From positions 5,280,001 to 5,344,000 of the forward strand of contig CAWAIF010000003.1 in assembly GCA_963782055.1 (NCBI GenBank): DNA of 64,000 nt, given 5' to 3'. Below are positions 30,830-41,596 of the stretch, piece after piece (position 1 is the stretch's first letter; the number at the start of each line of letters is the position of its first letter). Source of the DNA: an uncultured delta proteobacterium (GTDB taxonomy: Bacteria; Myxococcota_A; Polyangia; Polyangiales; Polyangiaceae). Made by a program: the position numbers and the translations under genes. The notes beneath the pieces are model-generated. The model was not told the DNA's origin. It saw only the letters and a list, made by a program, of their open reading frames with translations, and ran no database searches.

Positions 30830-31288
30830 ATGTTGCCGCTCGAAGGCTCGTTGCTGGAGAAGTTGCGCAAGATCGAGGCGCTCCACGCGGGCACGCGCGT
30901 GGATGGCGAGCGCGAGGCCGCGCGGCGCGCCGCCGAGCGCATTCGTGCCCGGCTCGCCGAGCTTCGCGGCCGCGAGCAGGACACCCTGCTCAACTACACC
31001 CTGCCCGATCCCTGGACACGCAGGCTCTTCGTCGCGCTGTGTCGCCGCTACGGTCTCGTCCCCTTTCGCGAGAGCGGCCGCCGGTACACCACCGTCCAGG
31101 TGCGCGCACCCAAGGCCTTCCACGACCACACGCTCTGGCCGCAGTTCCTCGCGCTCTCCGAGGAGCTGACCGCGCACCTCGACGAGCTCACCACCCGCGT
31201 CATCCGCGAGGCGATCAACGACGACGTGAGCGAACCGCAAGACGGCGCTCCGCCCAAGGCGCTGCCCGAACCGACTCGCGGCGCCTGA
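30830..31288 (+). CDS. Hypothetical protein
   Basis: ATG 30830, MLPLEGSLLEKLRKIEALHAGT...; protein-like composition and GC3 bias. Confidence 0.65.
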   Translation: MLPLEGSLLEKLRKIEALHAGTRVDGEREAARRAAERIRARLAELRGREQDTLLNYTLPDPWTRRLFVALCRRYGLVPFRESGRRYTTVQVRAPKAFHDHTLWPQFLALSEELTAHLDELTTRVIREAINDDVSEPQDGAPPKALPEPTRGA

Positions 31289-32149
31289 CGCCGTCATGGT
31301 CCCCAGCGACGGGGGGGGTGGACAGCACGCGCAGGGCGCCAGATCAACCCGCTCGGTGGACGTCGATCGCCGATGGGTTACGGTGAAGTCACCCCCGCCC
31401 ACGCCTCCGCCCAGGCCCCCGAGAGGGTCGCGGCGACGCCGGCGGCGCGCGTGCGAGACCCACTCGAGTTCGTAGAGCGCCGTCTGCTCGCCGAAGATCG
31501 CGAAGGTGTCGCGGTAGAGCGTGGTCGAGCACGAGCTCGTCGACGACTCGTCCGCAACGAGCACAGCGCGGACCTTGGTGCCCTGCCAGAGCGCCAGCGC
31601 TTCGAGCAACGTCGTCGCATCGCTTCTCGAAGCCCTGCACGCAGCGAGCGCATCGGGGGGTTACTTTCTGGACCAGCCGCCGAAGATCATCGATGCTCGC
31701 GTCGTCGGTGACGCGCGCTCCCTATGCCGTGCGAGCCGACCTGAGGGACCGGAGGTGGTGCTCCGGGCCCTCTCCTTAACGGATGTCCCTATGCGCTCGG
31801 CGATCATCGCCCCCGATCGCCGCCCGACGCCCCTTTTCGGCGACGTGGACCGGGGCCCGGTGATCGTGGTGGAAGCGGATCACCTCACGGCCGGTGCTGA
31901 CACAGTCAGGTCGCGCCGAACTCTGGCGCGCGGCCAGCGCCTGCGGTCCGTCGTGCAAAGCGTGAAGCGAGCCGACCAAACCGAAGGAGTGGGCAATGCG
32001 GGCCGTACGGGACAAGTTGTCATACTCCCTAGGGAGTATTGCCAGGCGCCTACACATCTGCTGCCATCTAGGCACGGGGCGGTCATCGGACGGGCGCAGG
32101 GTCTCGACGTCGACAACGCGGCGCAACCTTCCCAATGCGGGGGCAAATC

Positions 32150-35100
32150 ATGGAAGCTCGAACGGCGTGGCGGGAGTGGATCAAGCGGACGAACGTGCGA
32201 CGGTGGGTGCTCTTCGGCACGCTCGTGTTCCTCGGCGGGTGCGTCGCCACCTTTCAGGCGTGCAGCTCGAACGACGAGGCTGCGGTGACCTCGTCACAGG
32301 GCCAGCCGCTCACCGACGACGGCGGCGCGACGGTTCTGGGTGCGAATCCGAGCCGCACGGGCGAGTACTACGACGAGAGTAACACGCTGACCGTCGCGCA
32401 CGTCGGCAGCGGCAGCTTCAAGCGGTACAAGTCATACATCGTGGACGGTCCCGTGTACGCCCAACCGCTGGTCATCCCCGGCGTGAACACCGCGCAGTAC
32501 GGGCTACGAAACATCCTGCTCGTCGCGACGACGAGGAACAACCTGTATGCGTTCGATGCGGACCGGCCCGACGCACCAGTGCTGTGGTCCGTCGGCCCCG
32601 CGCAATTCGGAACGCCGCCCCAGATTGGCGTGGTGAAGCTGGCGGGCGACGCCGGCAACGGCCTCATCGACCCGAACACGCCTCTCGCCCCGGACGGGTG
32701 CGGGAACGTGGGGCAGCTCGGCATCCTCTCCACGCCGACCATCGTCGGAAACACGGCCTTCGTCGTCGCCGGGAAGATCGCGACCACCGGTCCGGAGACG
32801 TACGTCTACCAAGTCTGGGCCATCAATCTCACGACCGGCTACGTCGTCGGTGGCCCCACGGCCATCACGGCGAGTACGGGTGGCGTCAGCTTCACCGGCG
32901 AGGGCGGCACGCTGACCTACACCCACCAGCCGCACTCGTACTACATCCAGCGTCCGGGACTGACGACAGTGACCGTTGGGGGGAACACCTTCCTGCTCGT
33001 CGGTTTCTCCAGCAGCTGCGACGCTCCGAGTCCTTACTACGGGTGGCTCGTCTCGATGAACGTGACCAACCCCGCGAGCATGACCCAGGCCGGGGTGTAC
33101 TGTCCCACCTGCTCGGCGCAGACGAACGGTAACGTCCATGGGTATCCGGGAGGGACAATCTGGCAATCCGGAGCAGCGCCGGCGGTCGACGGCGCGAACG
33201 TCTTCGTCGAGACCGCGAACGGGAACTACGAGGCGGGCACCGCCCTGTCGGACTCACTGGTGCGGCTTACGGTCCAATCCGACGGCTCCCTTGCGGTCGC
33301 GGACTACTTCACTCCGTGGAACGAAACGACGCTCGCCCAGCACAACTACGATCTCGGCTCGGCCGGCCCAATGATCCTTCCGGGGAGCATGGTCCTCGCC
33401 GGGAGCAAGGCCGGCACACTCTACCTGACGAACGAGCTCGGGCTCGGCGGCTACCAGCAAGGACCGGACGGCGGCGACAACGTCCTCAGCGAGGTGCAGG
33501 GCTCCTGCCCGCAGAACAACAACGCGACGCCGTCGGCCAACTGCTTCGGGACCCAGGTTCCATTCGATGCGGACGACGGCGACTGGGCCCAGATGCACGG
33601 GTCGGGCGTGTACTGGTCGGAGAACCACTGGGTCTACTTCAACGGCCAGTGGGATACCTTGCGGCGCCTGCAGGTCGACCCTGTCGGCAAGACCATCCTC
33701 ACGACCCAGGGAGTCGGCGATCTCGCTTACCAGCCTTTCGTGAACGACGCGGGACAGACGATCTACCCGGGCGTCGGGATGGCGTCGTTGTCCGTGCCCG
33801 CGAGCAATCCCAGCGCGAACGGCATCCTCTGGGGAAACCGTCTCTATCGCAACATCCTGGGCCAGCAGGACTACGGCTTCAACCGGACCGACATGGCGAA
33901 CGCCGGCGCGCCGGACGCGGGAGACTATCGCACGCCCGAAGGTCTGACCGCCGGTGAGACCTGGTACGGCTACTTCGTCGCGGTGGACGCCACCAACATG
34001 ACAAAGCTCTACGAGGACAAGGATCAATTCATCGGCGCGAAGTTCACGGCGCCGGAGATCTACAACGGGCGGATCTACCTCGCCACGTTCTCCGACGAGG
34101 TCCGGACCTACGGGTGGGACTCGGACGGGGACGGCGTCCCGGACACGATGGACAACTGTCCGACGGTGCCGAACGCGGACCAGGCGGACAGCAACGAGGA
34201 CGCCGAGCGGCTCAAGAGCATGCCCCTGCTGGGCGACGCGTGCGATCCCAACGCCACCACCTCGCTCGCCCCGCTCCCGGTCAACGGGCAGCACAACGAC
34301 ATCGCGACCGACGACGTCCACGTTCCCTGCACGGACGAGTACATCGGCTGCGGCTCGTCGAGCACCACGTCGGACACGTGCCCGAGGCTCTTCAACACCA
34401 ACCTCACCTTCAGCGCGCACATCGGAAACGACGCAGGCACGGCGCCGGCAGCGTTCGGCACCACGGGCCCCGCGTTTTGCAAGTGCCCTTTCGCGAACCA
34501 GTACAAGTGCCTGCAACAGGCTGGCGGCGGCTGCGATGGCGCGGACGACAGTCTATTTCCGGCTCTGGATAGTGGCGTGCCGGCAACATGGAACGCCATC
34601 AGCAACCTTCCCACGCCCGACGCGTCCGCGCAGTGGTTCTCGCCGATCGGGCTAACCCACGAGGAGCCGTGGAACGCCGACCACGCGAGCACGACCCAGC
34701 AGGTGTGGGACTACCCGAACGACCTCGCGCGCTTCGGCGCCAACTCCGACGCGGGGGCCTGCGACGCGAGCCAGTGTGGTCTGCAAGGCGAGCTCTGGTC
34801 TCACGTGATGGGCTTCACGCCAAACGGGTCGACCGAGAACGCGTACAGCGACGCCAGCATCAACAACAGCTATGTGAACGCCACGGCTCAGTTCGTCCCC
34901 ATGCCGTACCGCTTCTTCCCGCTTCCGTGCCTGCAGCCGGCCTACTTCCCGTGGTGGATCTGGGTCGAGGGCTCGCAGATCTGGTCGCCGGATCCCACGT
35001 GGCTCTTCCCCCTCAGCTCCGGCGCAGGCATGCAGACGGCGTCGTTCGGGTTCGACGCGACCCCCGGCTTCACGTCCAGCGCGCTCTCGGTCCTCGAGCC

Positions 35101-36382
35101 GCTCACCGGCGGCGGTTCGACCAGCTTCCTCGTTCAGAGCGACGGCGCACGCACCCTCGGCACCTCCAAGGTGCTGGCGGCCGTCGCCACTCCGCTCGTC
35201 GGCACGTCCGGCGTGCAGATCGCCAGCGCGCTCCTGTCGAGCGCGGGCCAGGTGGACGCCCGGATCGCCATCAGCGGGGACAGCCACAACACCCTCTCGT
35301 ACGCGGTCGCCGAGGCGCTCGATCCGGAGGCCGGCAAGCTCTATGCGCTGACGCAGAACGGTCCGACGGAGACCCTGGTGACGGCGGACGTGGTCGGCGC
35401 GCTGGGCAACTACCCCTACGCGCAGAGCTCGGTCAGCATCACCGGGACGACCTTCTCGACGGCGCTCGCGCTCCAGTACTCCGACGCCAACGGCAAGCTG
35501 TACCTGCTCGATCGCGTCGCGTCCGGGGACGTCTACGAGCTCCGCCTGTCCGCGATCACCACGGGCGGCGTGATGACCGAGCTGTGGCACACCACCACCA
35601 TGCCGCTCAGCACGTTCCCAGCGGCCTTCCTCTCGGCCACGGCGCAGGGATCCGTCGTGGTGTCGATCCAGGCGGGCTCGACCACCGCGGAGGCCATGGT
35701 CGTCGACGGCAGCGGGACGCCGGCCGGCTCGTACGACGAGGCCGGAAGCATGCGCACGCGCGCGCTCATCGGGACGGGCGGCGGCGTGTGGTTCCCGCTG
35801 GAGGTCCCCGACACGGGCGGGCACGTGCTGCTGGCTCCGGTCTTCCAGCAGCGGCTGGTCACCGGCATCTGCGGCGCGGCGTGGTTCAAGAGCCACGCCG
35901 GCGCGAGCGGGGCGCTCGCGACCGCGGTCTCCGCGTGCAACCCCATCACCAACGGTGGCTTCGAGACGGGCACGCTCTTGGACTGGGCCGCGTCCGGCCA
36001 GTCGGAGAGCATCTCCTCGACGGCGCACTCCGGCTCCTTCAGCGCGATGCTCGGGAGCACGTCCCCCACCAACGGCGACAGCACAGTGCAGCAGACGTTC
36101 ACCGTGCCCTCGAGCGGCGGCACGCTCAACGTGTGGTACTCCAACGTCTGCCCCGACACCGTCTACTACGACTGGTTCACGGCCACCTTGCAGGATACGC
36201 TGGGTAGGACGCTCGCGACCATCGTGAGCAAGACGTGCGCGAGCTCGAGCGCGTGGACGCACGCGACGCTCAACCTCAGCTCGTGGGAGAACCAGTCCGT
36301 CGTCGTCGTGCTCACGAGCCACGACGACGGGTACTACTACGACCCCACCTACACCTTCGTCGACGACGTGAGCGTGAACTGA
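32150..36382 (+). CDS. Large secreted multidomain protein (PQQ-like beta-propeller, thrombospondin type-3 repeat, Cys-rich region, C-terminal NGGFETG beta-sandwich)
   Basis: N-terminal TM with FQAC. VDGPVYAQPL, NNLYAFDAD, GILSTP, DLGSAGP propeller motifs. DSDGDGVPDTMDNCPTVPNADQAD TSP3. ITNGGFETG...FVDDVSVN. Confidence 0.85.
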   Translation: MEARTAWREWIKRTNVRRWVLFGTLVFLGGCVATFQACSSNDEAAVTSSQGQPLTDDGGATVLGANPSRTGEYYDESNTLTVAHVGSGSFKRYKSYIVDGPVYAQPLVIPGVNTAQYGLRNILLVATTRNNLYAFDADRPDAPVLWSVGPAQFGTPPQIGVVKLAGDAGNGLIDPNTPLAPDGCGNVGQLGILSTPTIVGNTAFVVAGKIATTGPETYVYQVWAINLTTGYVVGGPTAITASTGGVSFTGEGGTLTYTHQPHSYYIQRPGLTTVTVGGNTFLLVGFSSSCDAPSPYYGWLVSMNVTNPASMTQAGVYCPTCSAQTNGNVHGYPGGTIWQSGAAPAVDGANVFVETANGNYEAGTALSDSLVRLTVQSDGSLAVADYFTPWNETTLAQHNYDLGSAGPMILPGSMVLAGSKAGTLYLTNELGLGGYQQGPDGGDNVLSEVQGSCPQNNNATPSANCFGTQVPFDADDGDWAQMHGSGVYWSENHWVYFNGQWDTLRRLQVDPVGKTILTTQGVGDLAYQPFVNDAGQTIYPGVGMASLSVPASNPSANGILWGNRLYRNILGQQDYGFNRTDMANAGAPDAGDYRTPEGLTAGETWYGYFVAVDATNMTKLYEDKDQFIGAKFTAPEIYNGRIYLATFSDEVRTYGWDSDGDGVPDTMDNCPTVPNADQADSNEDAERLKSMPLLGDACDPNATTSLAPLPVNGQHNDIATDDVHVPCTDEYIGCGSSSTTSDTCPRLFNTNLTFSAHIGNDAGTAPAAFGTTGPAFCKCPFANQYKCLQQAGGGCDGADDSLFPALDSGVPATWNAISNLPTPDASAQWFSPIGLTHEEPWNADHASTTQQVWDYPNDLARFGANSDAGACDASQCGLQGELWSHVMGFTPNGSTENAYSDASINNSYVNATAQFVPMPYRFFPLPCLQPAYFPWWIWVEGSQIWSPDPTWLFPLSSGAGMQTASFGFDATPGFTSSALSVLEPLTGGGSTSFLVQSDGARTLGTSKVLAAVATPLVGTSGVQIASALLSSAGQVDARIAISGDSHNTLSYAVAEALDPEAGKLYALTQNGPTETLVTADVVGALGNYPYAQSSVSITGTTFSTALALQYSDANGKLYLLDRVASGDVYELRLSAITTGGVMTELWHTTTMPLSTFPAAFLSATAQGSVVVSIQAGSTTAEAMVVDGSGTPAGSYDEAGSMRTRALIGTGGGVWFPLEVPDTGGHVLLAPVFQQRLVTGICGAAWFKSHAGASGALATAVSACNPITNGGFETGTLLDWAASGQSESISSTAHSGSFSAMLGSTSPTNGDSTVQQTFTVPSSGGTLNVWYSNVCPDTVYYDWFTATLQDTLGRTLATIVSKTCASSSAWTHATLNLSSWENQSVVVVLTSHDDGYYYDPTYTFVDDVSVN

Positions 36383-36427
36383 GGCCGCCGTGGACGTTCG
36401 GGCGCCTTCGTGGCACGGTGAGCAGAG

Positions 36428-37789
36428 ATGAGCGCGCGGGCGGTCGTGGTCGTCGGCGTGGTGGTCGCCGTGGTCGGAGCGGCGGCGGTGCTCGTCCAAT
36501 GCACGGGGGACGACGCAGCCGGTGGCGCGGACGCGGCCGGCGACGTGCGGTACGGCGTGTGGCCGCCGCGTGACGCCGGTGGCGACGGCGCTGCGGGCGA
36601 CGCCAACGCCGACGGGAGTGGAGCTTGCAGCGTGACGAGCGACTGGCCGGGGTTCCGGCGGCTGACGGAGTTCGACCCGTGCGCGCCGGCGGACGTGCTC
36701 GTGGATCCGGACGCCGGGTACACCATGAGCTGGACGGATTGCGGGGACGCGGGGATAGCGGGATGCGAACAGATCACGCGCGTCGTCCCGCAGCAATTCA
36801 TGTACGCGTACGCGACACACGACGGGTCTGGATCTGGCAAGGCTCTTTATCTCGTCCAGGGCTTCAACCAGTCTTCGACCGTGCGACAATTTGACATCGT
36901 CGACATCGCAACATCATCAAGATTGGGTGAATGGCGCATCGACGAAGATCCTGTCGATATCGAGGTGGTGCTCGCGAACGCACCCGACTACACCACCGCG
37001 TTCCTCGGATGGCACTCGGGCAACATGTATGCGGACTTCGCCCCTGCGCAGACACTCTTCAACGCCAACCCCATGACGCTCAAGCAGTACCCGGCGCCAG
37101 GCCAGGACATCAACTGGGCCGTCTCCCCCCAGGTCATGGCGTTTCAGCCATTCTCCGCACAGGACACCATCTGCAAGGTCGAGGCGGGCACCTGCGCGCC
37201 GCTCGACATCAAGAGCATGCCCGGCACGCCTTACTACGCCTTCGCGTGGCACGACGTGGTGTTCGCGGTGGACGAGCACGGCTCCGCGGGCTGGGCGCAG
37301 GAGTACGTGATCCACGCCGACGGATCCATCGCCTTGCTGCGCAGCAACCCGAACGCCCACATCTGGGGCATGACCACCGACGGCACGACGCTCGTCTGGG
37401 AGGAGACCTACGGCACGACCGATCTCAACGGCACGCAGACGAGGACGGAGATCTGGAAGGCGCCCTTCACCACCGACAAGGCGACGCTGGACGCGACCGC
37501 CACGAAGGTCACCACGCTCCCGACGGCAGGGCTGGGCGGCGTCGGAATCTCCGGGCTCGACTTCTTCAACGGTCTCTACGCCACATACTTGAAGGCGCCC
37601 GCCGACGTCATCTACGTCGTTGACGTCGCCACGGGCAAGACGCAGTCGGTACCAAAGGGTCCGGGCGGGACCTTGGTCGGGATCGTTGGCCTTCCCTACG
37701 TCGACAGGAACGAATTGTGGGAGATCACGATCGGACTGAAGTACGTCTACTACCTCACGCGCATCCCGTTCGCGCAGCCGTGGAAGTGA
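36428..37789 (+). CDS. Hypothetical exported beta-rich protein, copy 1
   Basis: N-terminal TM/lipobox-like LVQC, DAG-rich linker, beta-propeller-like repeats. Confidence 0.8.
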   Translation: MSARAVVVVGVVVAVVGAAAVLVQCTGDDAAGGADAAGDVRYGVWPPRDAGGDGAAGDANADGSGACSVTSDWPGFRRLTEFDPCAPADVLVDPDAGYTMSWTDCGDAGIAGCEQITRVVPQQFMYAYATHDGSGSGKALYLVQGFNQSSTVRQFDIVDIATSSRLGEWRIDEDPVDIEVVLANAPDYTTAFLGWHSGNMYADFAPAQTLFNANPMTLKQYPAPGQDINWAVSPQVMAFQPFSAQDTICKVEAGTCAPLDIKSMPGTPYYAFAWHDVVFAVDEHGSAGWAQEYVIHADGSIALLRSNPNAHIWGMTTDGTTLVWEETYGTTDLNGTQTRTEIWKAPFTTDKATLDATATKVTTLPTAGLGGVGISGLDFFNGLYATYLKAPADVIYVVDVATGKTQSVPKGPGGTLVGIVGLPYVDRNELWEITIGLKYVYYLTRIPFAQPWK

Positions 37790-37874
37790 CGCCGACGGGT
37801 TACAGTGCCGCTGACCCCGGCGCGCACGCAAGCCGCCAGCGCGTCGCTCTCGAGCGCGTGCCCTGTGGGGCCGT

Positions 37875-39017
37875 GTGGGTCAACTGGACGCGCAGCGGAG
37901 CGCGCTCGGCGGCGACAGCCACAACACCCTCGCCTACGCGGTCGCCGAGGCGCTCGATCCGGAGACCGGTAGACTCTACGCGCTCACGCAGAACGGTCCG
38001 ACGGAGACCCTGGTGACGGCCGACGTGGTCGGCGCGCTGGGCAACTACCCCTACGCGCAGAGCTCGGTCAGCATCACCGGGACGACCTTCTCGACGGCGC
38101 TCGCGCTCCAGTACTCCGACGCCAACGGCAAGCTGTACCTGCTCGATCGCGTCGCGTCCGGAGACGTCTACGAGCTCCGCCTGTCCGCGATCACCACGGG
38201 CGGCGTGATGACCGAGCTGTGGCACACCACCACCATGCCGCTCAGCACGTTCCCAGCGGCCTTCCTCTCGGCCACGACGCAGGGAGCCGTCGTCGTGTCG
38301 ATCCAGGCGGGCTCGACCACCGCGGAGGCCATGGTCGTCGACGGCAGCGGGACTCCGGCCGGCTCGTACGACGAGGCCGGGAGCATGCGCACGCGCGCGC
38401 TCATCGGGACGGGCGGCGGCGTGTGGTTCCCGCTCGAGACCCCCGACACGGGCGGGCACGTGCTGCTGGCTCCGGTCTTCCAGCAGCGGCTGGTCACCGG
38501 CATCTGCGGCGCGGCGTGGTTCAAGAGCCACGCCGGCGCGAGCGGGGCGCTCGCGACCGCGGTCTCCGCGTGCAACCCCATCACCAACGGTGGCTTCGAG
38601 ACGGGCACGCTCTTGGACTGGGCCGCATCCGGCCAGTCGGAGAGCATCTTGACGACGGCGCACTCCGGCTCCTTCAGCGCGATGCTCGGGAGCACGTCCC
38701 CCACCAACGGCGACAGCACAGTGCAGCAGACGTTCACCGTGCCCTCGAGCGGCGGCACGCTCAACGTGTGGTACTCGAACGTCTGCCCCGACACCGTCTA
38801 CTACGACTGGTTCACGGCCACCTTGCAGGATACGCTGGGTAGGACGCTCGCGACCATCGTGAGCAAGACGTGCGCCTCGTCGAGCGCGTGGACGCACGCG
38901 ACGCTCAACCTCAGCTCGTGGGAGAACCAGTCCGTCGTCGTCGTGCTCACGAGCCACGACGACGGGTACTACTACGACCCCACCTACACCTTCGTCGACG
39001 ACGTGAGCGTGAACTGA
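37875..39017 (+). pseudogene. Orphan C-terminal cassette of the large secreted protein
   Basis: Near-identical to the last ~380 aa of 32150..36382, with scattered substitutions (EAGKL/ETGRL, SISST/SILTT). No signal peptide; weak GTG start. Confidence 0.75.
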
Positions 39018-39062
39018 GGCCGCCGTGGACGTTGGGGCGCCTTCGTGGCACGGTGAGCAGAG

Positions 39063-40421
39063 ATGAGCGCGCGGGCGGTCGTGGTCGTCGGCGTGGTGGT
39101 CGCCGTGGTCGGAGCGGCGGCGGTGCTCGTCCAATGCACGGGGGACGACGCAGCCGGTGGCGCGGACGCGGCCGGCGACGTGCGGTACGGCGTGTGGCCG
39201 CCGCGTGACGCCGGTGGCGACGGCGCTGCGGGCGACGCCAACGCCGACGGGAGTGGAGCTTGCAGCGTGACGAGCGACTGGCCGGGGTTCCGGCGGCTGA
39301 CGGAGTTCGACCCGTGCGCGCCGGCGGACGTGCTCGTGGATCCGGACGCCGGGTACACCATGAGCTGGACGGATTGCGGGGACGCGGGGATAGCGGGATG
39401 CGAACAGATCACGCGCGTCGTCCCGCAGCAATTCATGTACGCGTACGCGACACACGACGGGTCTGGATCTGGCAAGGCTCTTTATCTCGTCCAGGGCTTC
39501 AACCAGTCTTCGACCGTGCGACAATTTGACATCGTCGACATCGCAACATCATCAAGATTGGGTGAATGGCGCATCGACGAAGATCCTGTCGATATCGAGG
39601 TGGTGCTCGCGAACGCACCCGACTACACCACCGCGTTCCTCGGATGGCACTCGGGCAACATGTATGCGGACTTCGCCCCTGCGCAGACACTCTTCAACGC
39701 CAACCCCATGACGCTCAAGCAGTACCCGGCGCCAGGCCAGGACATCAACTGGGCCGTCTCCCCCCAGGTCATGGCGTTTCAGCCATTCTCCGCACAGGAC
39801 ACCATCTGCCAGGTCGAGGCGGGCACCTGCGCGCCGCTCGACATCAAGAGCATGCCCGGCACGCCTTACTACGCCTTCGCGTGGCACGACGTGGTGTTCG
39901 CGGTGGACGAGCACGGCTCGGCGGGCTGGGCGCAGGAGTACGTGATCCACGCCGACGGATCCATCGCCTTGCTGCGCAGCAACCCGAACGCACACATCTG
40001 GGGCATGACCACGGACGGCACCACGCTCGTCTGGGAAGAGACCTACGGCACGACCGATCTCAACGGCACGCAGACGAGGACGGAGATCTGGAAGGCGCCC
40101 TTCACCACCGACAAGGCGACGCTGGACGCGACCGCCACGAAGGTCACCACGCTCCCGACCGCAGGGCTGGGCGGCGTCGAAATCTCCGAGCTCGACTTCT
40201 TCAACGGTCTCTACTCGACATTCTTTGGCGGCTACCCGTATCAGTACAAGATCTACACGGTCGACATTGCGACTGGACAGGTTCAAAGCTCACCGACGGG
40301 CCCCGGTGGCATCGTCCTCGGCCTTCCGTACGTTGACCGGAACGAGCTCTGGGAGGTCACGAGCACACTGAACTATCACGACTACCTCACGCGCATCCCG
40401 TTCGCGCAGCCGTGGAAGTGA
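39063..40421 (+). CDS. Hypothetical exported beta-rich protein, copy 2 (variant C-terminus)
   Basis: Matches copy 1 for about 370 aa apart from one K/Q change, diverges for about 70 aa, then the last 13 aa match again. Confidence 0.8.
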   Translation: MSARAVVVVGVVVAVVGAAAVLVQCTGDDAAGGADAAGDVRYGVWPPRDAGGDGAAGDANADGSGACSVTSDWPGFRRLTEFDPCAPADVLVDPDAGYTMSWTDCGDAGIAGCEQITRVVPQQFMYAYATHDGSGSGKALYLVQGFNQSSTVRQFDIVDIATSSRLGEWRIDEDPVDIEVVLANAPDYTTAFLGWHSGNMYADFAPAQTLFNANPMTLKQYPAPGQDINWAVSPQVMAFQPFSAQDTICQVEAGTCAPLDIKSMPGTPYYAFAWHDVVFAVDEHGSAGWAQEYVIHADGSIALLRSNPNAHIWGMTTDGTTLVWEETYGTTDLNGTQTRTEIWKAPFTTDKATLDATATKVTTLPTAGLGGVEISELDFFNGLYSTFFGGYPYQYKIYTVDIATGQVQSSPTGPGGIVLGLPYVDRNELWEVTSTLNYHDYLTRIPFAQPWK

Positions 40422-40719
40422 CGCCGACGGGTTACAGTGCCGCTGACCCCGGCGCGCACGCAAGCCGCCAGCGCGTCGCTCTCGAGCGCGTGCCCTGTGG
40501 GGCCGTGTGGGTCAACTGGACGCGCAGCGGAGCGCGCTCGGCGGCGACAGCCACAACACGCATTCCCATCGCCCATCGCGGCGGGTGCAAAGGCGCGTCC
40601 GCGACGGGGCAAGCGGGCGACGGGCCCGAAGCGGCCGTCGACGGACATCGCGGCGCTCGGCGAGCGCTTCCACCGGGCGGTGTGCGCGAAGCCCGGCGAG
40701 ACGATGAGTGTGCTTGCCG

Positions 40720-40962
40720 CCGTGTACGCCTCCTGGGCGTCCTTCGCCATCTGGCCGACGTTGTTGGTCGCCTCCGCCGTCTTCGACGTCTTGAGGTAGG
40801 TGTCGATGCCAGCGATGCCCATGACCGCGAGGAGACCGACAAGACCGACCGCTACGAGCACGATGATGATCACCACCGCCATCATGAATCCGCCCCCCTT
40901 CTTGCCTTCTTGGGGGCTTGACGTTGAGGGTACGACTGCTGGGGCGGCTGCGCGTAGCTCAT
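40720..40962 (-). pseudogene. Pilin-like membrane protein fragment, frameshifted and 3'-truncated
   Basis: TM helix then YLKTSKTAEATNNVGQMAKDA, resembling the myxobacterial pilin alpha1 helix. Leader MSYAQPPQQ... is out of frame near 40905. Confidence 0.5.
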
Positions 40963-41344
40963 GCCATCGATGATGGCAGGAAGGCGCCGAGCCCGGCAAG
41001 CGCAACCGAGACTGCTCGTCTTCGTCGCCCCGCAAATCCGAAGGGCGAACGCCGTCGACTCCAGGAGCTTCGCCACCGTGGCGTAGACGTGGTCGCGAAA
41101 ACGCCGGCCCGTTCCCTCTGCTTGTCGGCCAGCAGCGCAGCACAGATCGCTCGGAGCGAGTGACCGTCGCTTCGGAGCTGCCGGATTCGGGTGACGGCGC
41201 GCTCCTCATCGGGGTCGCCCATCAACATCGAGGGGTCGTCGTCGGCGCGGCGTCGACCGTAGCGAGGCTCCCTGCTGTAGATCCGGTTCCCCGAAGAAGC
41301 GGAGCGCCGGGTACGCATCGGCACGGTGATGATGCCGAGCAGGG

Positions 41345-41596
41345 TCACTTCTTCGACAGAAGCTTGATGCTGACGACCGTGCCCACGCCGATGACGACGG
41401 CCGCGAAGCCGTACGCGCGGCCGAGCGCGCGCGCCTTCCGCGACCACTCGTCGGCAACGACGTAGGTGCCTTGGGCGTCCGCGAGCGAACGCGGCTCCGT
41501 CACCGGAGGCAACGCCAAGCCGGTGATCGCGGGCGGCGCCATGGTCTCGCCCAGCGCGCGGACACCTCCGCCGACCGAGGGAAGGGAGAGCTTCAC
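41345..41596 (-). CDS. Small membrane protein
   Basis: C-terminal TM helix and KK tail. GTGA overlap with the upstream gene. Confidence 0.6.
   Translation of the reverse strand: MKLSLPSVGGGVRALGETMAPPAITGLALPPVTEPRSLADAQGTYVVADEWSRKARALGRAYGFAAVVIGVGTVVSIKLLSKK

Larger units (their letters stand above)
35240..40559 (+). repeat. Imperfect ~2.63-kb tandem duplication (3' third of the large gene + partner gene) plus a third stub
   Basis: Offset 2635 bp (ATGs 36428 and 39063). GACAGCCACAACAC recurs at about 35279, 37914 and 40546. Confidence 0.95.

Noticed and set aside
31380..31700. Intact gene (LLEALALWQG... on the minus strand)
   Set aside because: Looks like a decayed transposon-associated fragment with no clear start or consistent frame.
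32150..37789. TraA/TraB kin-recognition locus or classical polymorphic toxin
   Set aside because: No OmpA/beta-barrel TraB architecture, no MYXO-CTERM, and no recognisable toxin domain or RHS repeats.
37540..40421. Diversity-generating retroelement (VR/TR pair)
   Set aside because: No reverse transcriptase in the window. Differences include indels and non-adenine changes, and both copies lie in full ORFs.
35240..40559. Pure assembly duplication
   Set aside because: The copies differ by scattered synonymous and non-synonymous changes and a divergent block. A haplotype mis-join cannot be fully excluded without reads.
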